Assembly: GCA_001643675.2 (NCBI GenBank)
Contig: LSRY02000058.1
Coordinates: 248,001-312,000, forward strand
Length of the DNA: 64,000 bases
Reading direction: 5' to 3'
Origin: Monocercomonoides exilis PA203
Taxonomy: Eukaryota; Protista; Preaxostyla
Below, one piece after another: positions 23,301 through 34,260 of the stretch; the stretch's first letter is position 1, and every line of letters begins with the position of its first letter. The notes under the pieces were generated by a model. The model worked only from the letters and a program-made list of their open reading frames with translations, did not search any database and was not told the origin of the DNA. The position numbers and the translations under genes were made by a program.

Positions 23301-26300
23301 CCTTGGGAACTGCATCTTCATTTATCTCCTGTGTTGAATCGAACTTAGTGTTTCATAAATGTGAAGTCTCGTGCAAGTCGACAAATGAACAATATTCTGC
23401 TAATTTCTGTTTTGTGAGATGCTCTGGGGGAACATTGACGCTGGATGCTTTCTGTGTGGAAAACAGAATAACCTTTCAAACAAATTCGTTGATATATTGC
23501 AAAGAAGGGTGCAGATTGAGTTGTATTGATTGTTCGTTTGTTGGTATTGAAAGAGCTTCGGGAAATGGTGCGTGCATCGAAGCTCGATTGAATGAAAACA
23601 ATGAAGAATCCAATTTGATTGTGATTGAAAATTGCAGTTTCACAAATTGTAAAGTGTTGGGTAAATCAAACTGTGGAGGAGGTATTTATGCATCTCGGAA
23701 CAATATGGAGAAACTTGCGATTAACGGCTCAACATCATTTGGAGGTTGTTATGCTCCTCATTCTGCATCAGAATCAGGAAAGGGGGGAGGAATAATGATT
23801 GAGCTAACGGGAGACTCTTCTTCTTTGGAGATCAAACAGAATGTTTCTTTTCCAAAAGAGAATCAGAACATAGCCTTTTGTGGAAACGACATATTTTTGC
23901 TTTGTGATGAACTGAATATTACTGTCACTCGTTCTGCATTTGCGCTCGTGTTGTTTGACGAAAACCAACAGCCAATTGTTGATATGAAAGGAACTGACAG
24001 AGACAAGTTTAGTGGCATTTATATTGATCTCATATTGTTCCTTGTAACATTCTCATCGGATAAGGTTTTCATTGGTTCGGCTGGCTTCGATATTTTGGGA
24101 TGTGGGAAAATAGATTTTCCTTGTGGAACATTCTTGTGTGGTTTTGATAAGGTTCAAAACAACGCTTCTGAGAAGGGTCTAATAATTGCACAATCCTCCG
24201 CGGTTGTTAACTCATATGATCTTTCCGATTTTTCTTTAAATTCTTCAACAGAAAATATGAAAGCAATACTGAAGTTTGAGAATTTGATTGAAAATGAATC
24301 TTCAAATTCTGTAATTACGAGCTCATGTAAGTTGACTTTGGACATGATTGTCATTTCAATTCCAGAAAACTTCTCTCCTTCGTTCGCAAACTTATTTTCT
24401 GTGAGCACTATGAATGGATTATTAACAATAAGCAATTGTTCTTTTGTTGCTCAATCGTCAAATACTGTGGAATTTAATCTTCTATTTTCCGATTCTGGAA
24501 CAGTTATTATTGATTCGTGTATTATTACACATTTAAACTTTCAAATAGCTCCGATTCAATTGTTTTCTGTGACTGATATTACAAATTGTACTATTGATCA
24601 CATTTCATCAGGAGGAACAGATGGAGGCGTTCTGTGTATTCTTTTGAAGAGCAATCAAAAAGTGAAATTAAGTGAAAGCACAGTGGACCGGTGCGAGTGT
24701 ACGGAGAAGGGAAGTCGAGGTGGTTTTTTGTTTTTGGACTGTTCAAAATCAGATGAAAATGAGCCCTTTTTGTTGGCAAACTGCTTTTTTGGTCCATCAT
24801 GCTCGGCAAATGTGGGGGAAATATTTTTCGTTTTGGCTGCCGATTTAAATGCAAGCGTTAATCCATTAACATTCAAAGTTGATGGAACATCATTTATCGA
24901 TGATAATATTTCATTTTGCGGAAGTGATTCCATTCATAAAAACACGAGTTTGTTTCGTTTTTCTGTAAAATATGAAGATTCAACGATTTGGGTAAAGCAA
25001 AGCGGATTTGATATTCGCGGTTGTGGAAAAGAAAATGACCCATGCTACTCATTTTTTGAGTGCTTGCGGCATTTTCATTCACAACAGGATCAACAAAAGA
25101 AAATAAGAATAATTGACAAGGCAAGCTTTGGTAATCGACTTGATCTGAGCGGAATAGCCGTGCAAGCATCGTCGGTTGGACAAAAAGAAGTGACAATGGC
25201 AACGCTAGACGTTGTGAATGGGATTGATGCTACAACTACAACTCTGATGATTAATACAGAAACGCTTTTGTTGGAAAGACTACGTATTGTGACAGATAAA
25301 CAGTTTTCAAACAGTGAAAAAACTGTTTTATTAAATGAAAATGGAGAGGTGACAGTGCAAAATTGTATGTTTTCTCCTGAAGAAAGAGCTGATATTCAAA
25401 ATGATTGCTCATTAATTTATATGAAAAGTGGAAAGCTGAATATCGAAGAATTGGAAGTTCTCAACGCAAGCATAAACATTCACATCCTTCAAATTGAAAA
25501 CAAATGTGATGCTTTCATTAATGGCTTGAGGATTGAATCTGTTATCGTTCGACAAAGCAGTCTTATCGCAATCAGTTATTCATCGCCTGCAAATGCAAAT
25601 GAAACACCTTCAATTCAGATAAATGGTTCTGAGTTTGCGAACATCGAATCACTATGTGGCTGTCCTTGCATTTCTTCAATAGATCAATCTTCAACTTTTT
25701 CATTAATTGCTAACAGGACGATATTTCGCTCCAGCAAATCAGCAACTTCTGTTGAAGGTGGTTTAATACTGTTTCCATTAAATGTTGAATCGTCTTTCAA
25801 AATGATCGACAGTTCAGTTATTCAGTGCAGTTGTTCTTTGAATCATGGAAAAGGAGGAGGACTATTTCTCCGATCAAGATTGACTGATGAATTGAATTTC
25901 AAGTTCTTTGATGATAGTTTTGATGGAAATATGGCTCAATACGGGCGAAATGTTTTTATTGAGTGCTACAGCATTGATAGTCAAATCAATGGGTTACAAT
26001 TCAAACTTGATTTAAACTCGTACACGCAGGAACATCTGTTCAGTGGAATTGACTCAACTAATCACACAGTTGAGACTGACTTGCTTCAGTTTATGAAAAC
26101 TTATCAATCTTCAACAATTTTTGTTTCCAATTTAGCTGAAATAAACGGAAATGACAATAAACAGTGCGGATCTTTGGCTTTTCCTTGCAAAACGGTAGAT
26201 TATGCCCTCAAACATATCTTGTTTGATTTCGAAAGTCGTCTGATTGTTGATAAAAGCAGCGTTGTTGAAAGTTGCGTTGTGTTGAGTAACATAACTTTGA

Positions 26301-29089
26301 AATCAAAATCAAGATCAAATGCTGTTATTATGTTAAACGTCTTGCAGAGGTCTGAGGAAGAGTCGCAAATCATTTGTGAAGATTCTATAGATATTGAAAG
26401 CATTTCCTTCGAATTTTATGTTCCATTACATCCAGTGTATAAAACTCTATTTGATGTAATAAATGGAACACTTTTGATGAAAGCATGTTCAATAAGTGAT
26501 AAAAATAACGCAAATGAATTCTTAGTTCAAAAGGTTATAAGACTGAAAAACTGTAATTATAATATTGAAAACTCATCATTTGAAGCTTTGGCAATTGGAG
26601 CATTAATAAAAAGCGAGGATAGTGAGCTTTCTATAATCCAAGTTACAGTTCGAGAGATTAGCTGTAATGATCATTTTATAAATTCTGCAAATACAATTAT
26701 TTATGCCAAAGAATTTGATATTCTGTTTGTTGTTCTGAAATCCGGCTGTTTTCTTTATTCTAATTGCAGTGAAAATGAGCCCAGTGAAATGAATAGAGAT
26801 CATTCAGTGGAACTATCACATTCATCATTTGTAAATATTTCGTGCAACTCTTCAACAATTTCTGCAGTTGTTTGTCTTGAAAACTCTTCTTCTGATTGTA
26901 CTTTGATGAACTGCACGTTTGATGATTGTTTCTCAAAATGTTCTCTCGGAAGTGTATTCTCTTCTTATTCAACGTCAAATCTTGTTGTTCAATCTTGCTC
27001 ATTCGCAGGAAGGAGTAATGATTTTTTCAAAAATGAGGTTGAAAATGATGAAAGAGAAGAAATATGTATTTGGAATGGTTCGTTGTTATCTTTGTCAGAG
27101 TCTGTGGTATTAATCAAAGATACAACAATCTCAAACTCTTCCATTGGCGGATTATCTATAATTGGCGGAATCGTTAAAATAGATATGGGGCTATTTTCGA
27201 ACAACGCTCCTCAATTAAAGAATTATCCTTCACTTCGTCGAAACATACTTTGTTCTGGATCTGCTAAGTTGAATGTTGCTAGCCTAAAAGGAGGAGATGG
27301 AATGAAAGACAATGCTTCATTGTGGATTCTGAATGAAGGCTGTTATATGGAAGGAATTGCAGCAAATCGCTCATCATCATTTTTCATTCCTTTACTTAAG
27401 ACTGTTGAAGTGAATGAAGGTGAAAGCGAAATAAAGCTAAGGTTCAAAGGAACGTTTCTTCTTCCTTGTAATTTATCATTTATAATCAACTCAACAACTG
27501 GGAGTACAAGTTTGTTAGAAACGAGGGAGTTTGCATATAGTAATTGTGTTTCAGAAAATGAGGTTGTTTCTTCAATTCCATTGAGTTGGATAAGATCTGC
27601 TTCAAATGAAACGGAAGTGTCTGTATGTGTTCTATTTGGTAGCAAAAATGATCAATCTCCAACTGAATCAATTATTCTGAAGAATCGAACAAAGAGTATT
27701 ATTAATGATGAATTAGCACAAGGATCCTCAGGAAGCAATAAGTCTTGGTTAATGATAATGTTAATAGTTTTTGCAATGTTATTTTTTATCGTTTTAATTG
27801 TCTCTGTTCTTCTGGCAATTCGTTGGAGAAAGGCAAAGGAAAGAACCCAAGAGCTAGAGGAGATAATGAATGATACAGTGAGAAAGGATCCTAAGGTGTT
27901 AGAGATGACAACAATGGAGATGTCTCCCGAAGAGCAGTGGAGGAGAGTAGAAAGAGAGGCAGAGAAGAAGAGCGAAGAGAGGATAAAGAAGAGGGTGTAT
28001 GCGAAAAGCTTGGGACACTCGGAGTCATCTGAGCATCTTCTGTCTGAGAGTGGATCAACAGAATATATCCTTGGAAAAGACTCAGACAACATTCCCGATT
28101 GGGCATTGGAGAAAGTTGAAAAAGAAGAAGAAGAGATAAACAAGAAAACACCTTCTCCATCCGTATCATCCACTTCAGCAACTGATTCTGATTCAACTTT
28201 TGTTCGAGGGGAAGATCTGTGCCCAACCACCTCTTCGATGTCAAATCTGGTGGACGCGATGGCGTGCTCATCTCCACATGAAAAGTTAATTGTGGATCTG
28301 AGAGATTCGCTGTTCATGTTGCTTCATGGAAGGAATAAGACAAAGGAGATGCCAATTGGTACTCTTGAAGAGAGGGAGCAGACAGCTGCTCAGATCCTGT
28401 TCTGGGTGGCAAATCTGGCACTCCACTCCTTTGATGAAATGGAAAATGGATTGTCTTCTCTTTCCGCTCTGAGCCCTCATATTGTTCTCTTCTCAGAACA
28501 CATGGTGATCTGCATTGTGATGCGCTCTGACTTCTCATATGATGATGATTCAGACTCATCATCCATCTCATCATCAACTGTTGTGACATCTGCCAGTGAT
28601 GATAGTGATTCTCTTCCTTCATCAGCGTTTGAGGATGAAGATGATAATTTCAAAAAAGAGTGCTTGAGATGGAAGGCACCAGAATTGTTAATCAACAAGA
28701 AGATGGGAGCAACAAAGAAATCGGTTGTGTTTTCGATTGGAATGATGCTGTGGGAGTGTTTGACACTGCAGATCCCGTTTGGTGATTTTGAAGCGGAGCT
28801 GGCTGGACAGAAGATTGTGAATGGTGAAAGTGTTGGGCTTGAGAAAATCCGAGAATCATCTTTTTATGAAACAGCCAAATGCGCAATGTCAATAGAACCG
28901 TTTGAAAGGCCGACATTGATCACTTTGAAGCGAAAGTTTTACGAGCATTTTCCATCAGGAGCAAATATTGTGACAGTTTCTGATGTAGTGGACTTTGATA
29001 TTGATGAAGATGAAAAAGGAAGTGAACGCGAAGAGAAAACTATCAGGAGTAGATTTATTAGTGATGCAACCTTCTATGCAACAAGTTAA
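20387..29089 (+). CDS. 2,900-aa type I membrane protein: Pmp-like/parallel beta-helix ectodomain, single TM helix, C-terminal degenerate (pseudo)kinase
   Basis: Hydrophobic N-terminus. Repeated GGA/GGG(L/I) and FxxC motifs, plus five GxDxxxCG...(P/L)C modules. TM WLMIMLIVFAMLFFIVLIVSVLLAIRW at ~27746-27826. Kinase C-lobe motifs LRWKAPELL and VFSIGMMLWECLTLQIPF, but no recognisable GxGxxG, VAIK, HRD or DFG. Confidence 0.85.
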   Translation: MIVFCFLLFCCCSFESKESFKFSSHLDTEKMNITPSSASFMVYANNLICSNFYSEMTNIKLHSYDYHCIKSCNCAKHSYPFVTSKFLSFNSTVNLNKLFLSSEEASSIIAYDIASNVNLCFCTVALIFNGNPFLCLGGKLFLKNFSIITTNSLFVSSSLVFCEKNVFEQGLTPSISVMDSSFHSFAATDSFIPTYSFYSAEISHTEFFNVTFHRSFNFSFSNFAISSYCSFISNTMKFCDNPYGGVVISPPSAGFYCSNSSFNLCNAFYQNKSIFSSGNNSFYDDTFTFCSDDVYGGALYFSESASANILRCKFLDCSAEKHGGAVCSMDTSGFFFADESLVQNCSCSDEAAGWFLRNISEITVFRCNFSSCTSGSKAFIYPSGLESGYHVLTSCLFEKGNVSSHAGVTQIWHISSSLIFSNCMFQHCYSNYASSGIVFGDLKAEHIPVVQLQFCFFQNNSAKIFSGQDIHISTSQQWTELIDTNFSTCYSLTVGARAIRCKNRGLSYSCDEYEIHNDWLKDIPLDYQIRAQFDAGIDTHSCGNAPLCQTLKHSITRTSISTNKTIYAQDCTFLEELINVGSSSVSIKGESRSGTAIRSVSGNMSVFAISSGSLELNMLKLLHMNPLIGSASEFVELSGNGALSLIECNIGSYDPEEIISNSMFLLNGGNTQMNQVNIESIKLSSSSVINLANAKSSFFSFFNCNALHISRTRGNGTVFSGNIAESCKVELGACCFKNCICFDGCGGALSVTIASSGMFCLNGTTVTQFMLCSALNEHDQNKGRGGGLSIYVCDDGDGLNLSKLEFSKCNATKGKNMFINGYDLSLIVTTEKMKCLENEEGYDEWIGVERNSTSDSIFIPLIIFLRNFSSPAYVSIIDGSDFRLCGFLDYPCLSIQKAAINRYLRSKREICVFDSHVWNEHLTLTDFEWNIRALSEKTKAFVENCGEAMESEQILVCISTNIENYLFILPQALGTASSFISCVESNLVFHKCEVSCKSTNEQYSANFCFVRCSGGTLTLDAFCVENRITFQTNSLIYCKEGCRLSCIDCSFVGIERASGNGACIEARLNENNEESNLIVIENCSFTNCKVLGKSNCGGGIYASRNNMEKLAINGSTSFGGCYAPHSASESGKGGGIMIELTGDSSSLEIKQNVSFPKENQNIAFCGNDIFLLCDELNITVTRSAFALVLFDENQQPIVDMKGTDRDKFSGIYIDLILFLVTFSSDKVFIGSAGFDILGCGKIDFPCGTFLCGFDKVQNNASEKGLIIAQSSAVVNSYDLSDFSLNSSTENMKAILKFENLIENESSNSVITSSCKLTLDMIVISIPENFSPSFANLFSVSTMNGLLTISNCSFVAQSSNTVEFNLLFSDSGTVIIDSCIITHLNFQIAPIQLFSVTDITNCTIDHISSGGTDGGVLCILLKSNQKVKLSESTVDRCECTEKGSRGGFLFLDCSKSDENEPFLLANCFFGPSCSANVGEIFFVLAADLNASVNPLTFKVDGTSFIDDNISFCGSDSIHKNTSLFRFSVKYEDSTIWVKQSGFDIRGCGKENDPCYSFFECLRHFHSQQDQQKKIRIIDKASFGNRLDLSGIAVQASSVGQKEVTMATLDVVNGIDATTTTLMINTETLLLERLRIVTDKQFSNSEKTVLLNENGEVTVQNCMFSPEERADIQNDCSLIYMKSGKLNIEELEVLNASINIHILQIENKCDAFINGLRIESVIVRQSSLIAISYSSPANANETPSIQINGSEFANIESLCGCPCISSIDQSSTFSLIANRTIFRSSKSATSVEGGLILFPLNVESSFKMIDSSVIQCSCSLNHGKGGGLFLRSRLTDELNFKFFDDSFDGNMAQYGRNVFIECYSIDSQINGLQFKLDLNSYTQEHLFSGIDSTNHTVETDLLQFMKTYQSSTIFVSNLAEINGNDNKQCGSLAFPCKTVDYALKHILFDFESRLIVDKSSVVESCVVLSNITLKSKSRSNAVIMLNVLQRSEEESQIICEDSIDIESISFEFYVPLHPVYKTLFDVINGTLLMKACSISDKNNANEFLVQKVIRLKNCNYNIENSSFEALAIGALIKSEDSELSIIQVTVREISCNDHFINSANTIIYAKEFDILFVVLKSGCFLYSNCSENEPSEMNRDHSVELSHSSFVNISCNSSTISAVVCLENSSSDCTLMNCTFDDCFSKCSLGSVFSSYSTSNLVVQSCSFAGRSNDFFKNEVENDEREEICIWNGSLLSLSESVVLIKDTTISNSSIGGLSIIGGIVKIDMGLFSNNAPQLKNYPSLRRNILCSGSAKLNVASLKGGDGMKDNASLWILNEGCYMEGIAANRSSSFFIPLLKTVEVNEGESEIKLRFKGTFLLPCNLSFIINSTTGSTSLLETREFAYSNCVSENEVVSSIPLSWIRSASNETEVSVCVLFGSKNDQSPTESIILKNRTKSIINDELAQGSSGSNKSWLMIMLIVFAMLFFIVLIVSVLLAIRWRKAKERTQELEEIMNDTVRKDPKVLEMTTMEMSPEEQWRRVEREAEKKSEERIKKRVYAKSLGHSESSEHLLSESGSTEYILGKDSDNIPDWALEKVEKEEEEINKKTPSPSVSSTSATDSDSTFVRGEDLCPTTSSMSNLVDAMACSSPHEKLIVDLRDSLFMLLHGRNKTKEMPIGTLEEREQTAAQILFWVANLALHSFDEMENGLSSLSALSPHIVLFSEHMVICIVMRSDFSYDDDSDSSSISSSTVVTSASDDSDSLPSSAFEDEDDNFKKECLRWKAPELLINKKMGATKKSVVFSIGMMLWECLTLQIPFGDFEAELAGQKIVNGESVGLEKIRESSFYETAKCAMSIEPFERPTLITLKRKFYEHFPSGANIVTVSDVVDFDIDEDEKGSEREEKTIRSRFISDATFYATS

Positions 29090-29654
29090 ATAACAAAATA
29101 ATTTGCGTAATTTTGTGGAGAGGACTGATATTTGTGTATGTACATTGATTTTTTTTGCTTTCTTTATGAAGAATAACAAAAATGTTGAACACTTTTTTTT
29201 CTTTTTCTGTTTCCATTATGAATAAATATTTATAACTTTGCCAACAACTTTACTCTTTTCAAACTCTTTTATAATATTCTAACTCTGAGATTCTTTGATT
29301 GTCTTTCATTTCAAAATCACCTTCCAAACTTTGGCATTTCATTTTTATGTATTTATTAGAATGTCATGGGTTTCCATGCTCAACTTATTTTTAAATGTTC
29401 AAACATCGTTGTACAATATTTATTAAACTTGGTAATATCGTCACATTGATAATTTTTGACAAATCAATGATTAATTTTGTTCGTTGTTCGAATCTTTGTA
29501 TTCATTCATTTCTTCATTTAAATTCAGGCAATTTGAAAACCCGAATATGCTTATCAAATCAACTCAAAAATTCAATGGTTTGCCTTCAAAGAATGAATAA
29601 TAATTTTCATTAATTCAAAATATTTTCAAAAAAATTTTCTTTGGAGTTCCAAAG

Positions 29655-29691
<37 letters not shown>

Positions 29692-30515
29692 TTAATTATG
29701 AATTCAACTTTCAACAAGTTATAAATCATGAATGAGGAATTCAAAAGAAAATGAAATATTCAAAAATTTATCCTGATTTTCTCTAAAAGTTTTAATTTAA
29801 AATATGGGACAAAATATTTAACTTCAGGCATTTTCATTGAAAAATTATGCACTTTTGATTAACTTTTTGAGATCAAAAAATTTGAAAAAAAATGGGTTTG
29901 TTTTTCTAAATACATTTGATGTCACAAAACAAAATGTTATTATATCTATGATGTTTGTGAACAGATATGAAAATCAAATTGTTTTTGAAATCTGGGTTAG
30001 TTTTAAAATGTGATATATGAAACAATTATTTCATGCTTTGTGTATAAAAAGCTTGAAAGTTCATATTTTCCCCCAAATGTTATGAATGGAGAAATTAAAA
30101 CAAAAATTAACATCTCAAATAATGTTTGTCTATTGATTCATTTTTTGATGAACAAACTTATTTCTCATTTCGTTATTCAAACTTCAAAGCGTGCTTTCAT
30201 AAATTCTTAAAAAAAAAATAGAAACGTTTATTTCAAAAATGGAGGAAAATACGGTCTTTCAAGACTTTTTTTGCTCCGCACATTGAAAAATTGCTTCACT
30301 CATAACTTTGTATCGCTTTCTCAGATTTCAAATCAAATTTAATTTTCATATCCCAAAACAGGTTTCATTGTAATCGAAACATGAAGAATTGTGTCATTTT
30401 ACGAATTGTAAAAAATGGATACATTTTAATTATGTTTTTTTGTTTTTTTTAAAGTCAATGGAAAGAACATAATTTTTCTATGAAAATGCCTAATTAAAAA
30501 TGTTTTGTCTCATTT

Positions 30516-30756
30516 GGGTAATTCTTTTTTGAAAAGCCCCAAAAGTTTAATTTTCAAAAAAATCGAAAATTTATTATTTTTATGAAATTTTTGTTTTCAT
30601 ACACAAAACTTCACAAACATGGAATCTATTTCTTGATAATGCTATTTCAATCATTTTCAAGGATAGTCATGAGTGGAAATAGAAATTAAAGCCAAATATA
30701 AAATTTGAGATTTATATGAAAATTAATCATTTGTGACTTTTCAAAAAGAATAACCC
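30516..30756. mobile_element. MITE-like element A (241 bp) with imperfect ~57-bp TIRs
   Basis: Left end gggtaattcttttttgaaaagccccaaaagtttaattttca matches the reverse complement of the right end, gggttattctttttgaaaagtcacaaatgattaattttca. Flanks ATTT/ATAT match at 3 of 4 positions. Confidence 0.7.
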
Positions 30757-30919
30757 ATATTTAAAAATATTTTCTTTTCAATAATTATCATTCAAATTAA
30801 CTAACATTTCTAATAAAATAATTATTATTGATTTCATGAGTATTTCACAAATTTCCTTAATAAATATATGAACATTGTCTTTTGTGTTTCTTTCGTTAAC
30901 CAATTATCACAATTAATGT

Positions 30920-31176
30920 GGGTGATTATTTTTGAAATCATATCTTTTTTCGGTGTGTTTATTATTCAAAGATTGTTAATTTTTGAAAGAAACTTTTAAA
31001 TTCAAAAGAAAAAAATCTTAATAATTGTTATTTTATACAAATGGATTTTCCGAATCAAAGATTAAAATGAATTCAATAAGCCTTTTCACTTTTCAACGTT
31101 TATATGTTTATATTCAAGATCTTTTTTTTAACCGAAAATTTTGTTTGAAAAAATATGATTTCAAAAATAATCACCC
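30920..31176. mobile_element. MITE-like element B (257 bp) with perfect 24-bp TIRs and 4-bp TSD ATGT
   Basis: TIR GGGTGATTATTTTTGAAATCATAT at 30920-30943 and its exact reverse complement at 31153-31176. ATGT lies at both 30916-30919 and 31177-31180. Confidence 0.85.
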
Positions 31177-32539
31177 ATGTGTATAAATTTGACTTTTTCA
31201 TAACTTTATGAAAGCATGAACAATTTTTCATAAAATTTGACATTTTTGTATAAAACAAATAAACAAACTTGCAAATAACTTCGGAAAATTAATAATGAAA
31301 AAAAAAAAAAAAAAAAAAAAAACTTCGATACAAAAGTTAATAATTGAAGAAAGTGAAGATAAAATCTTCTTCACTTCACACGGGAATAAATGAAATAAAA
31401 AAAACACATAAACCTGAAAGGAAAAACTAGTTAATCAAAAAAGGGGGAAAAAATGATTGTGTGCCAAAATAGCATATTTTGTTTTAAAGAATGGAATTAC
31501 CGTTTAAAATATCAACAATTAATAAAAAACCTGACTTGACGAAGATAAAATTGAAATAGTTGAAATTTCAAATTTTCTATTAATTATTACCGCAAAGAAA
31601 TATCTGATTCTATCAAACGAAACAAGCCTTTTCTATGATTCTGGAAAATGCTATTTGACAATCAAGAAGAGAAATTCTAATAAAAAATGCAATATAGATC
31701 TATTTTTTTCTTGAGCCGGTTAGAGCAGAAGATTAGATAACAAAAAATCATAATTTTCGCCATTCGTCCCACAAAAATCATGCAACAGATTTTTTTTAAA
31801 AGATAATAATCATAATAATAATTTTAAGAGAATATAATTTATGTTTATGAATATTACAAAAAAAAAAGAATCCCAAAATATTGACAAAAAAATTATTTCC
31901 AAATATTTCAATGATTCACAACCTTAAAAAAATCGTTGTTCGATGAATCGCCATTGAAAAGCATGTTATCGCTTCCGGGGTTTAAGTTTTTTATGGAAAT
32001 AATTCAATTTCTCCTTTATGTTTTCAAATATATTTTATGGAACAATATAATAAATAATGAGTAAAAAAAAATGAATGATAAATTAGATACAATGAGAATA
32101 GAAAGGTTTTATTCGAATTAAAATGACTTATTCAAATAAACAAAGTTTATTTGGAATAAATTATTTTTATTGGAATATAAATAATTTATTGGAATAAACT
32201 CTGGCTTTTCGGAATAACTTTTTTCGAAAAAAATTTATTGTGGTTTCAAAAAAAATTCTCAAGAATCACTTTCTTTAACAACACTTAAAAATTAATTATA
32301 ATTATCCATTTATATTTAAAAACCATTTAATTGACCAGATATGTTTAAAATGAATTACTATCAAAAAATTTTTGTACTGTTTTTGTGAAATGAATGAAGA
32401 TAAATTATATTCTATAATTTACAAATAATAAAAACAATCAAAATAGACCTGCAGTCAACTATAAAATAAAATTCATCATTTCGCAATGTTTGTTAATTCT
32501 TTTTTTGTTATTTTTTCTGTTTATTTTACACATTTATGA

Positions 32540-32758
32540 TCAAACAGAAAAAAAATACATCCAATTGCAAATGGAGAAGTTATTGAATAAACAACATTTT
32601 GCTGAAATTGTTCCAGATTCCTGATAACGCATGCTATTCGCACCTTCACTTGAAACTCTATCAATTGCAGACAAGTGAGTTCCAGTTGTTTTTGAATCAT
32701 TCCATTCGCACGAAGAGAAAATATTTTCCTGATCGTCTGCTATCTGCTGTTTCCCCAA
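32540..32758 (-). pseudogene. Fragment of a Pmp-like beta-helix surface protein gene
   Basis: SSCEWNDSKTTG...SSEGANSMRYQESGTISAKCCLFNN resembles the YGGALYFSESASANILRCKFLDC unit of the 20387-29089 protein. The fragment is isolated. Confidence 0.4.
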
Positions 32759-33789
32759 CTTTTGCAGATTCCTTGCACTTTTATTACTACATTTCTTCGA
32801 GATCGATAGAACTCAATGAATAAATTGTAAGATGAAGAAAATGAAGGAAAGGAAGAAGAAGGCGTGCTCAAAAAAGAAGCTGAGCTTGGGTCAGATATGT
32901 CAAGGTACTTCTGTATGAGTGATGAAGAGTCTGTATCGAAAGACGATGGGATGAGTGGCTTCGGCGGAACGTCAACAAGAACAGAAGTTACAAACAATGG
33001 GTGTGTTGTTAGGGAGAAAAAGAAGGTGAAGCAAATGTTGAGGATATTGCGATGTTTTGAGTGTGCATCTAGACAGATGAGAATGTGCTGTCGAATAAGC
33101 ATAAAATTTGCTATGTTCACTTCTCAACCTCTGCCCCTTTTTTTCTGTTGCTTTATGTGCAAGTCTTGTATCGAAAGCGTCTATTTTCGATGTGCAAAAC
33201 TCGTCTTTCTCTTTAGTCTTCGACTTCGCCTTTGGTTCTTCCTGCTGTCTCCCTTTCCTCTGCTCTGCGCTCAATTTGCTTCTGAAATCCGCTTTCTTTG
33301 ACTCTTTAATTTGAGCTTGAACTCCTCTCTCTTCGCTTCTCGGGGTGATATAAAGCAAGTGGATGACAGTGATGTGTCTGGCAGCTTCTTCCTCTAATTC
33401 CCATTTCCCCTCGATATCTATTCGCTCAATCAGCACAGTTATCTAGCGGAAGCCGTTCAAACCTCCAAGCAGAGCAGGATGCACAGCTGTGGAAGATGAA
33501 ATAAATCATGGTGCACATTCATAGAAGCTGCATAATGCATTGATGGCGAAGAAGAAGAAGAAGAAGAAGAAGAGGAAGAGGAAGAGGGAGAGGAACAGGA
33601 CGATCTGTTCGAAGACAGAAAGATCTGCGGTATCTGAACAGAGCCAATATTCCATCTCTGGCAACTGAAAGAGAAGTGCGTGCCTTGTCTTGTGCAGCCA
33701 ATGAGCTGCACATGCAATCAGAACAAGGCCATGAAAAAAGCAGGTTAGTTGTGCTTGCCTGCTTCTTGCTTCCAACTGCTCACAGAGCA

Positions 33790-34260
33790 ACTCCACAAAT
33801 ACTCTTGGCATAAGATTCTAGTTGCATTTTATCCAATACTCAAATGACACGTAACCAAGTTCCCACTTGCCATACTCATCCCGCGCGAATCACTCTTGTA
33901 ATTACCATCCACAACAATTTTCCGATCTTTCATCCCAGTATTCAGCTCATTCATCTTTTCTGCATGCTGATATGTCCAAATCCATGAAATAACAAAATTA
34001 CATCAGTTTCACACTTTCTGAACATCAATATTTGTTGTGTAACATTCACAGAATGAGTTATTCGACGAAAAAAGTTTGTGATCATCTCGAAAATACACGT
34101 CGTGGCCATAAGGAGTTGAATTACTGCAACAGCAATCGTGGAAGAAGATGAAATAACAATTATTATAGTCACTTGGAGCTTCTGATTGATACTGCCTGAA
34201 ATCCAATCCTCCACCTCTTGTTGATGTATTGCAAAAAATGAAAAGGACATTTCTTATTTT
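33790..34260 (-). pseudogene. Decayed Pmp-like surface protein gene fragment
   Basis: My translation: LFIFCNTSTRGGGLDF...CYFIFFHDCCCSNSTPYGHDVYF...FCECYTTNIDVQKV*N*...YQHAEKMNELN. It parallels FCFFQNNSAKIFSGQDIHI...FSTCYSLT...HNDWLKD of the neighbouring receptor and carries in-frame stops. Confidence 0.55.

Noticed and set aside
29656-31322. Long poly-A tracts (~29656-29687, ~31298-31322) as retroposon tails
   Set aside because: No TSD or element body was identified. Similar tracts occur in introns (e.g. 58727-58764), so they look like generic homopolymers.
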